A stretch of DNA of 64,000 nucleotides from Mizuhopecten yessoensis (taxonomy: Eukaryota): assembly GCF_002113885.1 (NCBI RefSeq), contig NW_018408813.1, forward strand, positions 444,395 through 508,394. The letters run 5' to 3'. Position 1 is the stretch's first letter. Every line of letters begins with the position of its first letter. Under the pieces are notes generated by a model. That model saw only the letters and a program-made list of their open reading frames with translations. It did no database searches and was not told where the DNA came from. A program made the position numbers and the translations under genes. Shown here piece by piece: positions 37,125-49,099 of this stretch.

Positions 37125-40100
37125 CTGAAAAGAAAAGAAAAACAAAATTAAGTTCCTTTATAATCTAACATCAATATTTATCACATGATGTACTGTGTTA
37201 TACAATGAATATACCAGTGTCATATTTATTTGCGTATTAACCAATGCAATATGACCTATTAGCCCTGCGAATGGTTGTAAGTTTCAATTTTGACGACACG
37301 CCTAGGACAAGTACATGACGCCAGACTTACGCACTGAAGTCAAAATGGCTTTTTTTTTTTTACATTTCGAGGTTGAATGAAAATTGTCATTTTACACGAA
37401 TAAATGCCATTGATTATGTGATAAAAAAAAAGATCCTACACTCGTGTGCATTTCATATGAGATTCATAAAACTAGTCTAAGATTTTTTCAATTTAGCGAG
37501 CCTCTGAAATGGAAACTCATGTAAGATCCTATTAGAATGTGCATGGTCTCCACCAAAGCTTGTTTACCGCTATATAAACTAGTTCTATAATTAGGCACTG
37601 CCTTATCTTTAAAAACACTTAACTGTAGTAGTGCACATAATCAAGAACGTTTACCCCTGTTGCTAAACTTTGCCTGGCTAGAAGTGACTATAATAATTTC
37701 TGCGATGGTAAAAGGTTCAACAGGATTATAAATGAGCTATTAGAAACACGGGCCCATAACAAATAGAACACCGAGTATACGTCGTTACAGCAAATCACTT
37801 GATTGTGCTGGTTGTCCGTCTTAGTGAAGAATAACTAAGCAGTGCTGTCACATGTCTGTCAAAAACTGAGCGACTTCTATATGCTACAATGACTTCCGTC
37901 TAATCAACTCTCTCTCTCTCTGGAGTTTAACAAGTGTGTACTGCCCTTATAAGTTATACCGCTTATCAGATCTCTTAAAATGGGAATACTTGTACCTGAA
38001 AGGGATGGAAAGTCTGCAGTATTGCCCGAGGGGAATCGGGTTTTCGTACGAAGAGTAAAGGAATTGAATTATAAAGTAAAGGAGAGTGGAGAAAGGGGTG
38101 TACATGTAACGGAATAAGGAGCCTGAAGTGAAGAGAGGGTCTGGCGTTTATAAACACGAGAAGTGTAAGGAATTGTTTTAAGAAGTGAAGACTGTTAAGA
38201 GTTAGAGTTGGAAAATCTGGAAATCTAATGAGTAGGGCTGATAACGTCTATAGTGAAGAAAAGTGGAAGATTAAAAGGTGAGAGCATGGGTAGTATTAAT
38301 TATAAAGGAAAGGGGAGTGTCGGAGTGTTTGGAGATGCTGGGGGAGTCATGCTGGAGTAAAGAGGGGCCTTAGGATCTTGTGAAGTATCTAAACCACTGA
38401 TCAGGAAAAAAATAAAAATATTATTATATTTGGCAACACAATTATAAAGAGTAAGAATTTTACATCCATACCAACCAGTCAGCACTCGTTGAAATATACC
38501 TGTAGTTGTGACCCCATGTTAGTTACATGTATATACTTTAACGTGCAATTCGAGAGCCCATTGCAAGAACGTGTTACATTGTAACTATAAGTGTGATCTG
38601 ACCAAATAGTACAGTAACGGGGTTTGGTATATGTCTATCAGATGATATGGACCGATATCTGCCCTATCGTCCTATTAGTGGCCGTCGCACCAGTCGTATC
38701 GTCCGTCTTGTGTTCGTTCAGCATTCGATTAGCGGCCAATATCCTTCACCTATGACAACATTTACTCAAACCCGTCATTTAACATTAACACATGGTGCTA
38801 CCTTAGTATTTAAGTAATCTGTATTACAGCAATGGACCATCAACTACAGGTTGTCTGCCAACTCGAGACTGCATCTTCTAGCGGATCGTTTTGCAACATG
38901 ATGCAAATTGCAGTGCACCAGGTATTCCCTTCCGACTTGTGATTATTAGGGTGTAGACAACTACAGGGCAGGACAAACTATGTTGGTAATATAAAATAGT
39001 TTTATCGATACAATTAAAATTTATTGAACATTTAAGGTTAATGTGCAGTCAATTACCGATAAGAGGTTAGATGATATATTATATCAAGCACTTATTGATT
39101 TCGGATTGGCTTGAGAGCATTTTTCGTTTTGTTTACTTGAAATGTGCATATTCCAGAAATATATCTTATATCTCTCTTGTACAATTTTACGCTTCAATTA
39201 TGATGCAAATAAAACCATCATCATTGTTATTAGAACATTTATTTTTTATGCCAGTTAAGCATTCGACGATGTCAAAATAATGTGTATGCCATTGATGTTC
39301 TGCCATTAATAAAAACATTAATCATAATAGTAAAAACAAGTTATTTCATTTCAAAAGCCTGCAGTTATTGTTATATTATCATCCTATATTTTATTCATTG
39401 TTTTGAGAGAATTCCAGTAAACTTTTAAGGGTCCGCGTACCACTGCAAACAATGGTGTTTACACCAATAATATAGTTGAAAGCTCAAGCGTTTTGATTTA
39501 AGTTGGACAAATATCCTTAAACAAAACAAAAGCGAAACTGAACGTCTTATTTTACTGTTAGAAAACCTAAAACCGTTTAAATAAGTTTAACTAAAAACAG
39601 AATAAGACGTAATGTGTCCTTGAATAGAATCTCGTTGGTTATCCGATTTGCCGTTCCCACTTAATACTCTCTACGATTGGCACCAACACAACACGTATTT
39701 TTGCCAATATTTGGTTTATAGTCATAAAGCATGTTATACATGTACCTCTTGTCCAAGGCGAACATATGTACTACAGCACAGAATAGAACTTTATCGAACA
39801 CTTAGATCGATACAAGCGATGCATGATCAACATACATAATAAAGAAAAGACAACACTGAATTAGGTAAGATTGCCTGCAAGACAAGACGGCTAATGAGCT
39901 ACACAATAGCTAGGAACAAATTAGAAAGTAGGTGACTAGTCAAAGCTGCACGTCAGAGACTTTAGATAGCAGAACAAAAAGGTTGCCAACATGTAAGGAT
40001 TGACTTCATGCAATGAATTACTATCAACGTAATTAATATCAACACTGATGATGGTAACATTGATTATATGTGGGTTTTTTTAAATAGGCTTGATTGTCAA

Positions 40101-40571
40101 AAAATGTCAAATGTATAATTATAATGTGACTGTACTATTGTTGAATAGAAATTAAAGAATGTAGTGTACTTGATAACATTTCAGTGATACGATTAAAGGG
40201 AGGAATACATTCGATAGTAATATACCAGCCTTAAATCCTTAACCGGTTCTGATAATCGTATAACAAACAGCACATCACATTGTATGTTGTAATTGTTTAT
40301 TACATTTTGATACATTTTTGATGTATAAGGTTCCTGTCAAATGAGCTATCGATTTATTGGAATTCACCTGTTTTGACAATTACTGCGAACGGATACGGCA
40401 TCTAATAGTCTATACATGTATATCCATACGAGATTGAAACTAGTTATCCTAGGATTAGAATCTTTTAAAAATATTATATGTCATGTATCTCATAAACAAC
40501 AAAAATCGAAATCGTAAATTCTTGCAATGAACCCCAATCCCCAACCCCACCCCCACCCCCAACCCCAACTT

Positions 40572-41000
40572 GAGGAGTTGGATATGGAAATATATGTATG
40601 GTTAGGGAGTTGGATAGGGAAATATATGTATGTTTGAGAGGTTAGTTAGGGAAATATATGTATGTTTTAGAGTTTAGATAGGGAAATATATATGTGTTTG
40701 GAGATTGGTTAGGGAAATGAATGTAAGTTATGGGAGTTAGTCAGGGATATGTATGTATGGTTAGGGAAATGTATTTATGTTTGGAGAGCTGGATATGGAA
40801 ATATATGAATGGTTAGGGAGTTGGTTAGGGAAATGTATATATGTTTAGGGAGTTAGTTAGGGTAATGTTTGTAAGTTTTAGAGGTTAGTTAGGGAAATAT
40901 TTATGTGTTTTGGGAGTTTGTCAGAGAACTGTATGTATGTTTGGGAAGTCAGTCAGGAACATGTTTGTGTGTTTAGAGAGTTTATCTAAAAATGTATGGC
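40572..41000. repeat. Degenerate ~32-bp G/T-rich tandem repeat
   Basis: Recurrent GGAGTTGGTTAGGGAAATATATGTATG variants. Confidence 0.75.
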
Positions 41001-42080
41001 TGTTGGAGAGTTGTGAAGAGATGCGTAGATGTTTCGGTAGATTGAGAAGATGTTAAGAGAAATATAACTTAGTTTCACATTGATTAGTTCACTCAATATG
41101 AAAATAGCACAACACAAATATTTTTATTGATCTAGTAGTACAATTATTTTCTTCCGTTTTACACCAATAAAGGTAGGGTCGACGAGACTAGTAGACCATA
41201 TTTTCACTCTTTTGCAACTCATTTTATCACTGGTATCGACATTATACTTATACACGATCACCACATTACTTCTGACACGTTAGAATCTATAGGTAATTGG
41301 GTATTAAGGGACATCCTGCTTCCCATATTTTTCAATAAAACTCTCCGTTGATCGCCGTTTCATCGGACGAACTCACAAGGCGTTATTGATATGAAATTAA
41401 AAATAAAACTGTTATCGAGGACTACCGGTTTTGTTTTCGCCAAGTTTTCCCCATAATCTATATCATAGTGATATTAAGCAGATATGTTCATATTGGATCA
41501 GTAATAAGGCCACAGTCTGTCATATTGGCCCGAGTCCGCGGCCTAATAACCGAGAAAATGTGACAATCTGTTTAATGATCCTTTTGTGAATCATTGCAAT
41601 AACAAGCAAAAACACAAACCTACATCCAATGGCTTCGGGTGCTGTGCCTTTGTTTTGGCGGGATGGTTTTTCTCTCTAGTTGTCATTATAAGCTTTAGTA
41701 ATGGCATCCTTTTGTACGTTTGAAATGAAATTTAAGAAACTTATTATCTGCCTCTTATAAGTATCCCTACCTGGTGAGATTGTGACCTTATAAGAGCATA
41801 GTAAAGACGCGCGTTGAAAAAAACTCATTGATAATGGTATTTGTATAAAGTGTTAAGTGCTAATTCCTAAGTAAAAATTGTAATATATGTTGGAGATTTT
41901 TTGGATCGAGAACTAAGAAGTACTGTGAATTTCCTTTTTTAAAATTTCCCTTCATTTAGATCGACATTTAATGATAATTAGTTATTTTTACATCATAGAC
42001 ACGGGTTCTTTCACCTGTTTCCATAGCTCCTTCGATGTATCTTTTGACAAATATACAGTTTTCGCATATCGACCATTTGA

Positions 42081-42212
42081 CGATTTGTGACATTGTGTCG
42101 ATAGGCCTTTAAGTCTGTATTACACGATTTGTGACATTGTGTCGATAGGCCTTTAAGTCTGTATTACACGATTTGTGACATTGTGTCGATAGGCCTTTAA
42201 GTCTGTATTACA
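42081..42212. repeat. Perfect 3 x 44-bp tandem repeat
   Basis: CGATTTGTGACATTGTGTCGATAGGCCTTTAAGTCTGTATTACA at 42081, 42125, 42169. Confidence 0.97.
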
Positions 42213-42223
42213 TACATTTCCCA

Positions 42224-42435
42224 TACTGTATAATACGCGACATGCTCGTGGATACTTCCTTTCGTGGTTTGAAACCATTAAGTTATTTCATGTTACAGAC
42301 TTTCGTGGATATCCTGTATCACCAAACAGTACACACGTATATCATTCAAACTCGTTGTATTTATTTTCGTGGTTAAATAGCAACCACGAAAACCACGAAA
42401 TTGTATACAAAACGAATATTTAATATTATACAGTA
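42224..42435. mobile_element. TA-flanked MITE (Tc1/mariner-type)
   Basis: TACTGTATAATA ... TATTATACAGTA; internal TTCGTGG/CCACGAA sub-terminal repeats. Confidence 0.8.
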
Positions 42436-42479
42436 AGTTTAATTCATGTACATGTCTTATTTTGTTTTTACTTAATAGT

Positions 42480-42524
42480 GAAGAAGAAGAAGAAGAAGAA
42501 GAAGAAGAAGAAGAAGAAGAAGAA
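42480..42524. repeat. (GAA)15 microsatellite
   Basis: Direct inspection. Confidence 0.98.
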
Positions 42525-42935
42525 GATCACGTGTGAGTGACCTCTGAAATAATGAGTTTCAGGTAGTACACCAAGTAAACGAGAAATAATTACTTTTTCC
42601 ATGCATTTTTATTAAAAGGCAAATGTAATTAAAGTGACAATTAGCGTTTGTAAATTTTGAATTCGGGGTGGCTGTACAGCGTGTCAACTGTGATTTGGCA
42701 AATTACAATGGTATGTCAACGCGTGCTACTTCGATACACATATCAAACATTCTTTTGATGTATCCTTTTTATCCCGGGTTGGGCAATACGTTTTTATAAG
42801 CACGAAATCCAATCACGAATAAAAAAAAAAAATCAAAGACGTGGGTTAGTGACTGTTCATGAACCGCACTAATGAAGAAACAAGTGTTAGGTCTTTCATC
42901 AAATACAACAACAAATAATACATTAGTATATAATA

Positions 42936-43355
42936 AAAGTTGCCTACCTCAGAATTGGAATATTTTCAAAGCTAAAGATGACTGTTTCCTGTAAGTTACC
43001 GAGAGGTGAATAAGTACGAACGCTGTTGCAATTAGTGAAATCAAAACGTTCTTCAAATGCTAAAGCAGGGATGTGTGTTGACTATATTGATTTCAATATT
43101 GAATACCTCTAGAGACCAAACGAGATAATAAAACCAAAAAATCATATTTTGTTATCAATACATTTTATTTTAACTGTTCATTTTTCGTTCATGACCAACG
43201 AAAATATGATGAATTTCCATGCCATTGGTTTAAAAGCCTCATTTAAAATTCCAAATGGTGTGGAGAAAATGTAAATTAGAGATAAACTAATTGGCCATTT
43301 CCAGTCTACTGCAAAACCGGAAAAGCTCGAGTGACTTCTGGGGGACGCTACTTAA
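42936..43355. mobile_element. Possible old TTAA-type MITE
   Basis: AAGTTGCCTACCTCAGAA vs reverse complement of the right end AAGTAGCGTCCCCCAGAA (14/18); right end followed by TTAA. Confidence 0.35.
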
Positions 43356-43530
43356 GGATCCCCGTACCGTTGGCAAAAACTGTAACGAAGTGTTGGAAAT
43401 TGTGTTTTAGGCATGACTGCAGCTTTGATAAATTACAATACCTTGCGAGGCTTTTATGAGGAATAATAAAGGTGAAACAAACAAAATATAATCAACAAGT
43501 ATTTTGAGTGTAAAACCAGTCAACAAGGAT

Positions 43531-43598
43531 AGACTGGGATTCGAACCCTGGACTTCAGATTGATATACTATCGCTCTAACCAATAGCGCTACCTGGTC
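43531..43598 (-). mobile_element. tRNA-like SINE head or tRNA pseudogene
   Basis: Minus strand GGTAGCGCTATTGGTTAGAGCG...CCAGGGTTCGAATCCC; A and B boxes present, anticodon arm poorly paired. Confidence 0.6.
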
Positions 43599-44990
43599 AA
43601 CAGAAGTGTCCTGGCCCAACTGTGCTACAGTTATACCTGAATGAAAGTTAAGGGGAGTGTTACTGTTTATAGGAAAAACCGAAGTGTAGTGGGACAGGGT
43701 TCCTTAAAAGTGAATTATGTGTATCTATCCAAATATTATTTAAGGTCGATAACATATCGTCCAAGACCACACATAGGTTGAACGAAAAATCTGAATGGTT
43801 TTCGATTGACTTTCAACGTTTTCTGTCGGAACAGGGGGTGTTTTCTCTGCTACCACTGTAGGATACACACTATTTGGAAACCAATCTTTAATTACCCAAA
43901 ACATTCATCAATAATATATTTATTCTTTGTAAATGGATGCTGGATCAGTGCAGATCACTGGCTACTCGATACGTTGTTAATAGCTGACTTTTGCGATTAT
44001 TGTGTTCTAGGATAATGAGCTTTATAAAAGTATTCCCATGTTAATTAGCACATTTTCTTGTTTTAGCTTTCCGTTTGAAGGCCGACTTATCTTATCTTTG
44101 ATATCTATCGTTCAGACTAAAGGAAAAAAATAACCGTTTTCAAATGTATAAAAATATAGGAAAGTGGACTTATTAACTCTAAAGTAAGCGAGAAAAATAT
44201 CTAAAGGTTATTTTATGTTTTCGTTCCTAAATTATACTTGTGGCTTTTGGTCAAACAATAATGTCTGTTGTTCCCATACAGATATGTCCATAGTAATTTC
44301 ATTTTTTTCCTTTTTCTCCCCTTTACTTATCATTCCTACTTTATCAACAACATATATACATGTAACATTCACAAATTTTCATACGGAAAGTCTTCTCAAT
44401 GTTTTGCTAGTTAAAGAAGTCTTTTGTACCTGTACATAAAGTAGAACGATGCTTCATGCGTTAATGCATGTACATTATGAATAGGAAGTTTTCGAAACGA
44501 TATCCATCAGCTCGGAATGAGAAATAAATGCTAAGTTTGTTTTGAACAAAAATAGTAATTGAAAACCCATTATGCGAGCCTTCGAAAACGTATGTATCCT
44601 TTGTCAAGTAGAGAGTGCTAATGGCCAGTGTCTCGACTCGCTAAAACATTTATGAATACATATGGTTTGCTATTAAGAACATTTTTTACTATGTGTTACT
44701 TCATTGAATAAATCATTGAGCAAATCTACTTCTACGCTCAGTGTAAGCCACAGAAATGTAACCCTCTGTCAAATCTTGAAAAATAAAAATCGCTTCCCCG
44801 GAACCGTCACGCGACCATCTTTCGTATTTTTGTTTACGCGTTAGATACGATCACAGCGGTACATGTATATCGCGGTACCTATAGTTTATTAAACCATTAT
44901 CTTTAAAACCATGCGTCAGTCATCGTTCATCATAATTAAGGTTATTGAAATTGAATTTAAATTGATTAACCTGTTCAGTGAATAACTTAC

Positions 44991-45017
44991 CTTACTAAGA
45001 ATGGTACCAAATGGCAT
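44991..45017 (-). CDS. Candidate first coding exon (MPFGTILSK) of the FkbM-like gene
   Basis: Perfect donor AAG|GTAAGT; phase 0 joins in frame to TKLIQHHTMK at 37124; TATAAA ~60 nt upstream. Confidence 0.45.
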
Positions 45018-45078
45018 GCGAATCTTCCACAGCTGACGAAACCGTTAGTACAGAACGAGCGTTTACAAGCAGTACACA

Positions 45079-45084
45079 TTTATA
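45079..45084 (-). promoter_or_regulatory. Candidate TATA box for the FkbM-like gene
   Basis: TATAAA on minus strand upstream of the candidate first exon. Confidence 0.3.
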
Positions 45085-45994
45085 ACTAGGCTGCTGGTCT
45101 TAGATCGATAGTACCCCCGATGCTATTGTGTTAATGTATATATGGCCAGGAACCTTAATTTTTAATATTCGTTACTGTTTTCTCATCAGGTTTCAATTAC
45201 ATAGCAGTTTTCAACTGATAGAAAATGTTTAATTGTTCCTCCTGGGATTTACCGACACCAGATTGTATCTGTCTTGTTATTAAGACGGTGTTTGTATGCA
45301 TATTCTATCCGCCCGCTTGGGATGTGTTAAGCAGTAAAATATAATTGTGTTGGTAAAATTTAACTGTTAAGGTAATGCACACACGACTTAATCTTTTGTA
45401 CAGTAAATACAACACATTAGATCCCTAAACGGACATTGTTATGAATAAACATTTTACAGATGAATTAATATACGTATATTCAATAATATATCATAGATGA
45501 ATGCTATCATTTTATATAAACTATTATCTAACATTTGATATATATATATATAAAAATCTATATAATTAAGTCCTTAAATTCACTTCCATTTTTTTATGAT
45601 TTGCTAAACAGCATGAAATAAGTATTCTCAATATAATGCTTAAAGAAAAATACATCGACATTATACAAGTGTATTAATTTGTGCAGCATCTACTTCAAGT
45701 ATATGCTTCTAATATGGGCTAAATGTTCCTAGTTCAAGTGTATTTTCTACTCTAAGTGTATATTAGATTCTTGAAACGGGTTGACATGAGCTGAAAAACA
45801 AATTTTAGATTATTGCTGCTGAGTTTAAGATATTTAAAACAGAACGGCAAAACAAAAAGAACCTATCGCTAAACGAAATCAAGAACCGATAACAAAATGT
45901 TAAAGATTAGGACATTCACAATAGATCTACTGCAGACAAAGGGGGATGGTTTCTTTCTTGAGGCAACAATACAGATACAAATCGACATACAGTG

Positions 45995-46256
45995 TCGCGC
46001 GCCATGTGTATCTTAGGAGGCGACCAATGGACCCTTCCTGCAGAATCGGAGATTTTCTTCTAGAAGTCCTCTACAGAGAGGATATTGATATTGTCCGAAC
46101 GCATCCCTTGGGTTATTTTTGCTATTCCTACCTAATCTTTCTTTCTTTCTTACCTACACTCCCCTACCGGCGGTGTCGCCCTAGAGACTCGGCTTCATAC
46201 GACCCTAGTTAATACCAGGACGTTAAACATGATCAAAGATCATATAAACAACAACA
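45995..46256 (+). mobile_element. Short retroposon with TAGGAGGCGACCAA head and GGACGTTAAAC/AAC tail
   Basis: Head and CCTGCAGAA block shared with 33880-33925; tail shared with 34360-34390. Confidence 0.55.
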
Positions 46257-48191
46257 TACACAGGTATATGCGAAGAACATTTTCTCACAAACTACCGTCA
46301 CCCGCTACACATCATATTCGATACGGTACCACATGTATATAGATATAACGTCAATAATTGGACACTAGTACATCCCCTCTGCAGGAAATGACGTACTCAA
46401 AGTTTAGCACGCATATAAAATTTGATATATAACACTGTCGAGATGCGAAAACTCCTTAAACACTGTTAATGATAACTTTGAAAGCATAGACCGCTAAAGA
46501 ATATCAACAAATGCAATCATTTACATTCAAGCTGCTGAACCTGGTGCTAAGTATTGGTGCTGACAACCCATGCCATGTTCAATGGTCTTATTTTGTTGGT
46601 TCTGCTATATGTACCCTCCTCGACTTAAGGTGGTCATTCTTCCCCACCCTGAATACAATCACCTCAAGATAGCTGGTCATTTCCAATAGAATTACTCCTT
46701 TGAAAACATAAACAGCAGCTTCACGGATCATCATGTTGTTTGCTACATATCCTTTGGAACATTTTACACGTGGGTTTGTATTAATTTGATCTTTAAAACC
46801 ACTGATCATTTCTGAATGGACGAAAAAGACATATGTCACATTATATATTTGATTTAATTAGGTCTCCTGTCTCAACTTACTGACTGTTGTTTTTTTTTTT
46901 AAAAAGGAGCTGGCTAACTTAGTATATCTGGGGTTAATTTAACGACATCAGACTGATCATCCGAGAGACTTACCCCTCTTCTGTCCTTGTGTGCATTATC
47001 ATTGTCGGCATAGTAGTACAACATGTCATCTCCATATGACTTGCTGGGATCGCTCGAGCACGGTAATTCTATTTCTATAGGGACATCTAATGACAGTATT
47101 GCCTTGGATGTGCGTAGATGGAATAGGCCTATCCGCTTGAAGTAGTTCAGGTGAAAATGATCCGTGTCCGGTGTAACGTTTGCGCATATTTCTCTCCAGA
47201 AACTGCTTCAACAGTAAACGCTGGTATTCTTATTGTGCTGATCTAAAGTACACCTCATGCTCTGGTATGGCAAGTTGTGTTTTCTCTCGAACGCTAAAAT
47301 ATTGACATTGACTCGGTCTCCTGAATGTACGGTAGTTATTCCTGCATGTAGTCATATTGTCTCTTATATCGATTTAACTGTAGAAAAGTGTTATATTCGC
47401 GTTATTTTCACCAGAAGCAAAGCTAATGTCACTAGACTGTTCTATATATTCCGACACCCTCTATGCAAATTCATGCACATTGGATGAATTCTCTTTTAGT
47501 ATGTCATGCAAACATTCAGCATCTTTATACATGTATATGCAAAATATATATGGAACAAGATAGGATTCGGATGTACAATCAACAATTAACACAGCCAAAA
47601 TCTTAAATACTTACAGCAGTCATACATTGAAGTTCAATCATGTTCTCAATACATGTACCCGTCGCTCACCTGTTGTCTTTTGGAGCAATACAAGGTAATA
47701 CAATAATGCATAGTTTACCTGCCATTAATAGAGTTATAAAAAGGTTAGTTTTTAGGCGCAGCCTCATTTTTAGCGTAGTGATTTGTGAAGTTTTGGATAA
47801 CAGGATGTTATATTTACATTTGCATGGCATTGTCACTATATAGCCTCTGTGAAAGCTGTGTCGTTTATGGGACTTTAATTACCATGCATCACGAGACACC
47901 ATTCTTAGCGTATTAATACAACACTGACCGGAACTATAATATCCAATATAAATAAACATGACGGCTGCTGAAATATCGCTGGGCATTGTGAGATTTGACA
48001 TTGTCATTGTAAATTTATGTGCAAAATAAAAAATAAAATAAAAAACGCTTTTATTACACGTAAAACAAGACCAAGGTCTGCAATATCGTACAAAATGCAC
48101 ATCGGTTGAAATCACCAATGCCGGCAATGGAAACAATTTTAACGCTCATGCAATTTATCAGAAATATCGTCTGTTAAACTTCACTGATCAA

Positions 48192-48315
48192 CAGGGGTTC
48201 GTTACAAATGTCTGAAATACACATATTATATAGACCTACTGACACATATGTTACAGACCTACTGATAGGAGTCACAGCACACATAAACATTTCAGACATT
48301 GGTAACGAACCTGTG
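48192..48315. mobile_element. MITE with CAGGGGTTCGTTACAAATGTCTGAAAT TIR (copy 1, internally shortened)
   Basis: Right end ATTTCAGACATTGGTAACGAACCTGTG; same family as 54131-54331. Confidence 0.8.
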
Positions 48316-48848
48316 CTCCGTCGCAAGATCACTCACTTCAAAGGCTATCAGTTTCACGCGTCTCGCATTCACGGTTATCGAATCTACCGACTGTTGTCAG
48401 GTTCCCATACAATCAACAAATAAATTCACACCTGGATTCTTCACAAAATGAGCAAAGAGAAAAGTTCGAATTAAGTTCCAAAAATAACTCCTTCGTGGAG
48501 GGCAAGGTCGGATTTACGGTGTTCACTGTATTTCTCCATGCGCGATATTTGTTCCGGGGAAAAATTGAAACAATTTCAAATCTAACTTTCAGCTCAGCGT
48601 TCTATTGATAAACTTAAATCACCCTATAGACATATCATATGCAATTGTTTTGATACTGAATTGTGGAATAAAGTTGAAGTGTTTGGTAAAATTTAATAGT
48701 ACTACTTTGTTTGCCAATCAGCACGCGACAATACGCTGTTCAAACTATTGAACGAAATTGTGTGGACTGTCGATAAGGCGGGCATTATAAACTTTAAATA
48801 TAAATTATAAGTTAAAAAAGATTATAAGAGGCAGAGAAAGCGTAAATA

Positions 48849-49010
48849 TAAGTATTGAACTGTTTTTGAATTGTATTTATGATCTATTTGAATGACACAG
48901 CTTTGCAAGCAAACAAATCATAATGTGCTAGCGCGCATTATGTTGTTTGCTTGCAAAGCTGTGTCATTCAAATAGATCATAAATACCATACAAAAACAGT
49001 TCAATGCTTA
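48849..49010. mobile_element. 162-bp foldback element
   Basis: TAAGTATTGAACTGTTTTTG...GACACAGCTTTGCAAGCAAACAA / TTGTTTGCTTGCAAAGCTGTGTC...CAAAAACAGTTCAATGCTTA. Confidence 0.9.
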
Positions 49011-49099
49011 ATTATATGTGAATAAGTCATCTTTTACGATGACCAAACAACATGTGCGGATTCGGCGAAAAAAATAGACCGGCTGAATTCCACTGTATT

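Noticed and set aside
36069-37145. Bacterial contamination or recent HGT for the FkbM ORF; ORF-track start at 37145
   Set aside because: It has a splice acceptor, TM anchor and sequons and sits among host repeats; MFFFSFQ is the translated polypyrimidine tract
40572-41000. Interstitial telomere (TTAGGG)
   Set aside because: TTAGGG occurs singly within a ~32-bp unit, not in tandem
42760-42790. Twister-like string (CCCAACCCGGGATAAAA on minus strand)
   Set aside because: Remaining conserved elements and pseudoknot pairings not found
43531-43598. Functional tRNA gene
   Set aside because: Anticodon arm does not pair convincingly; better explained as a SINE head or pseudogene
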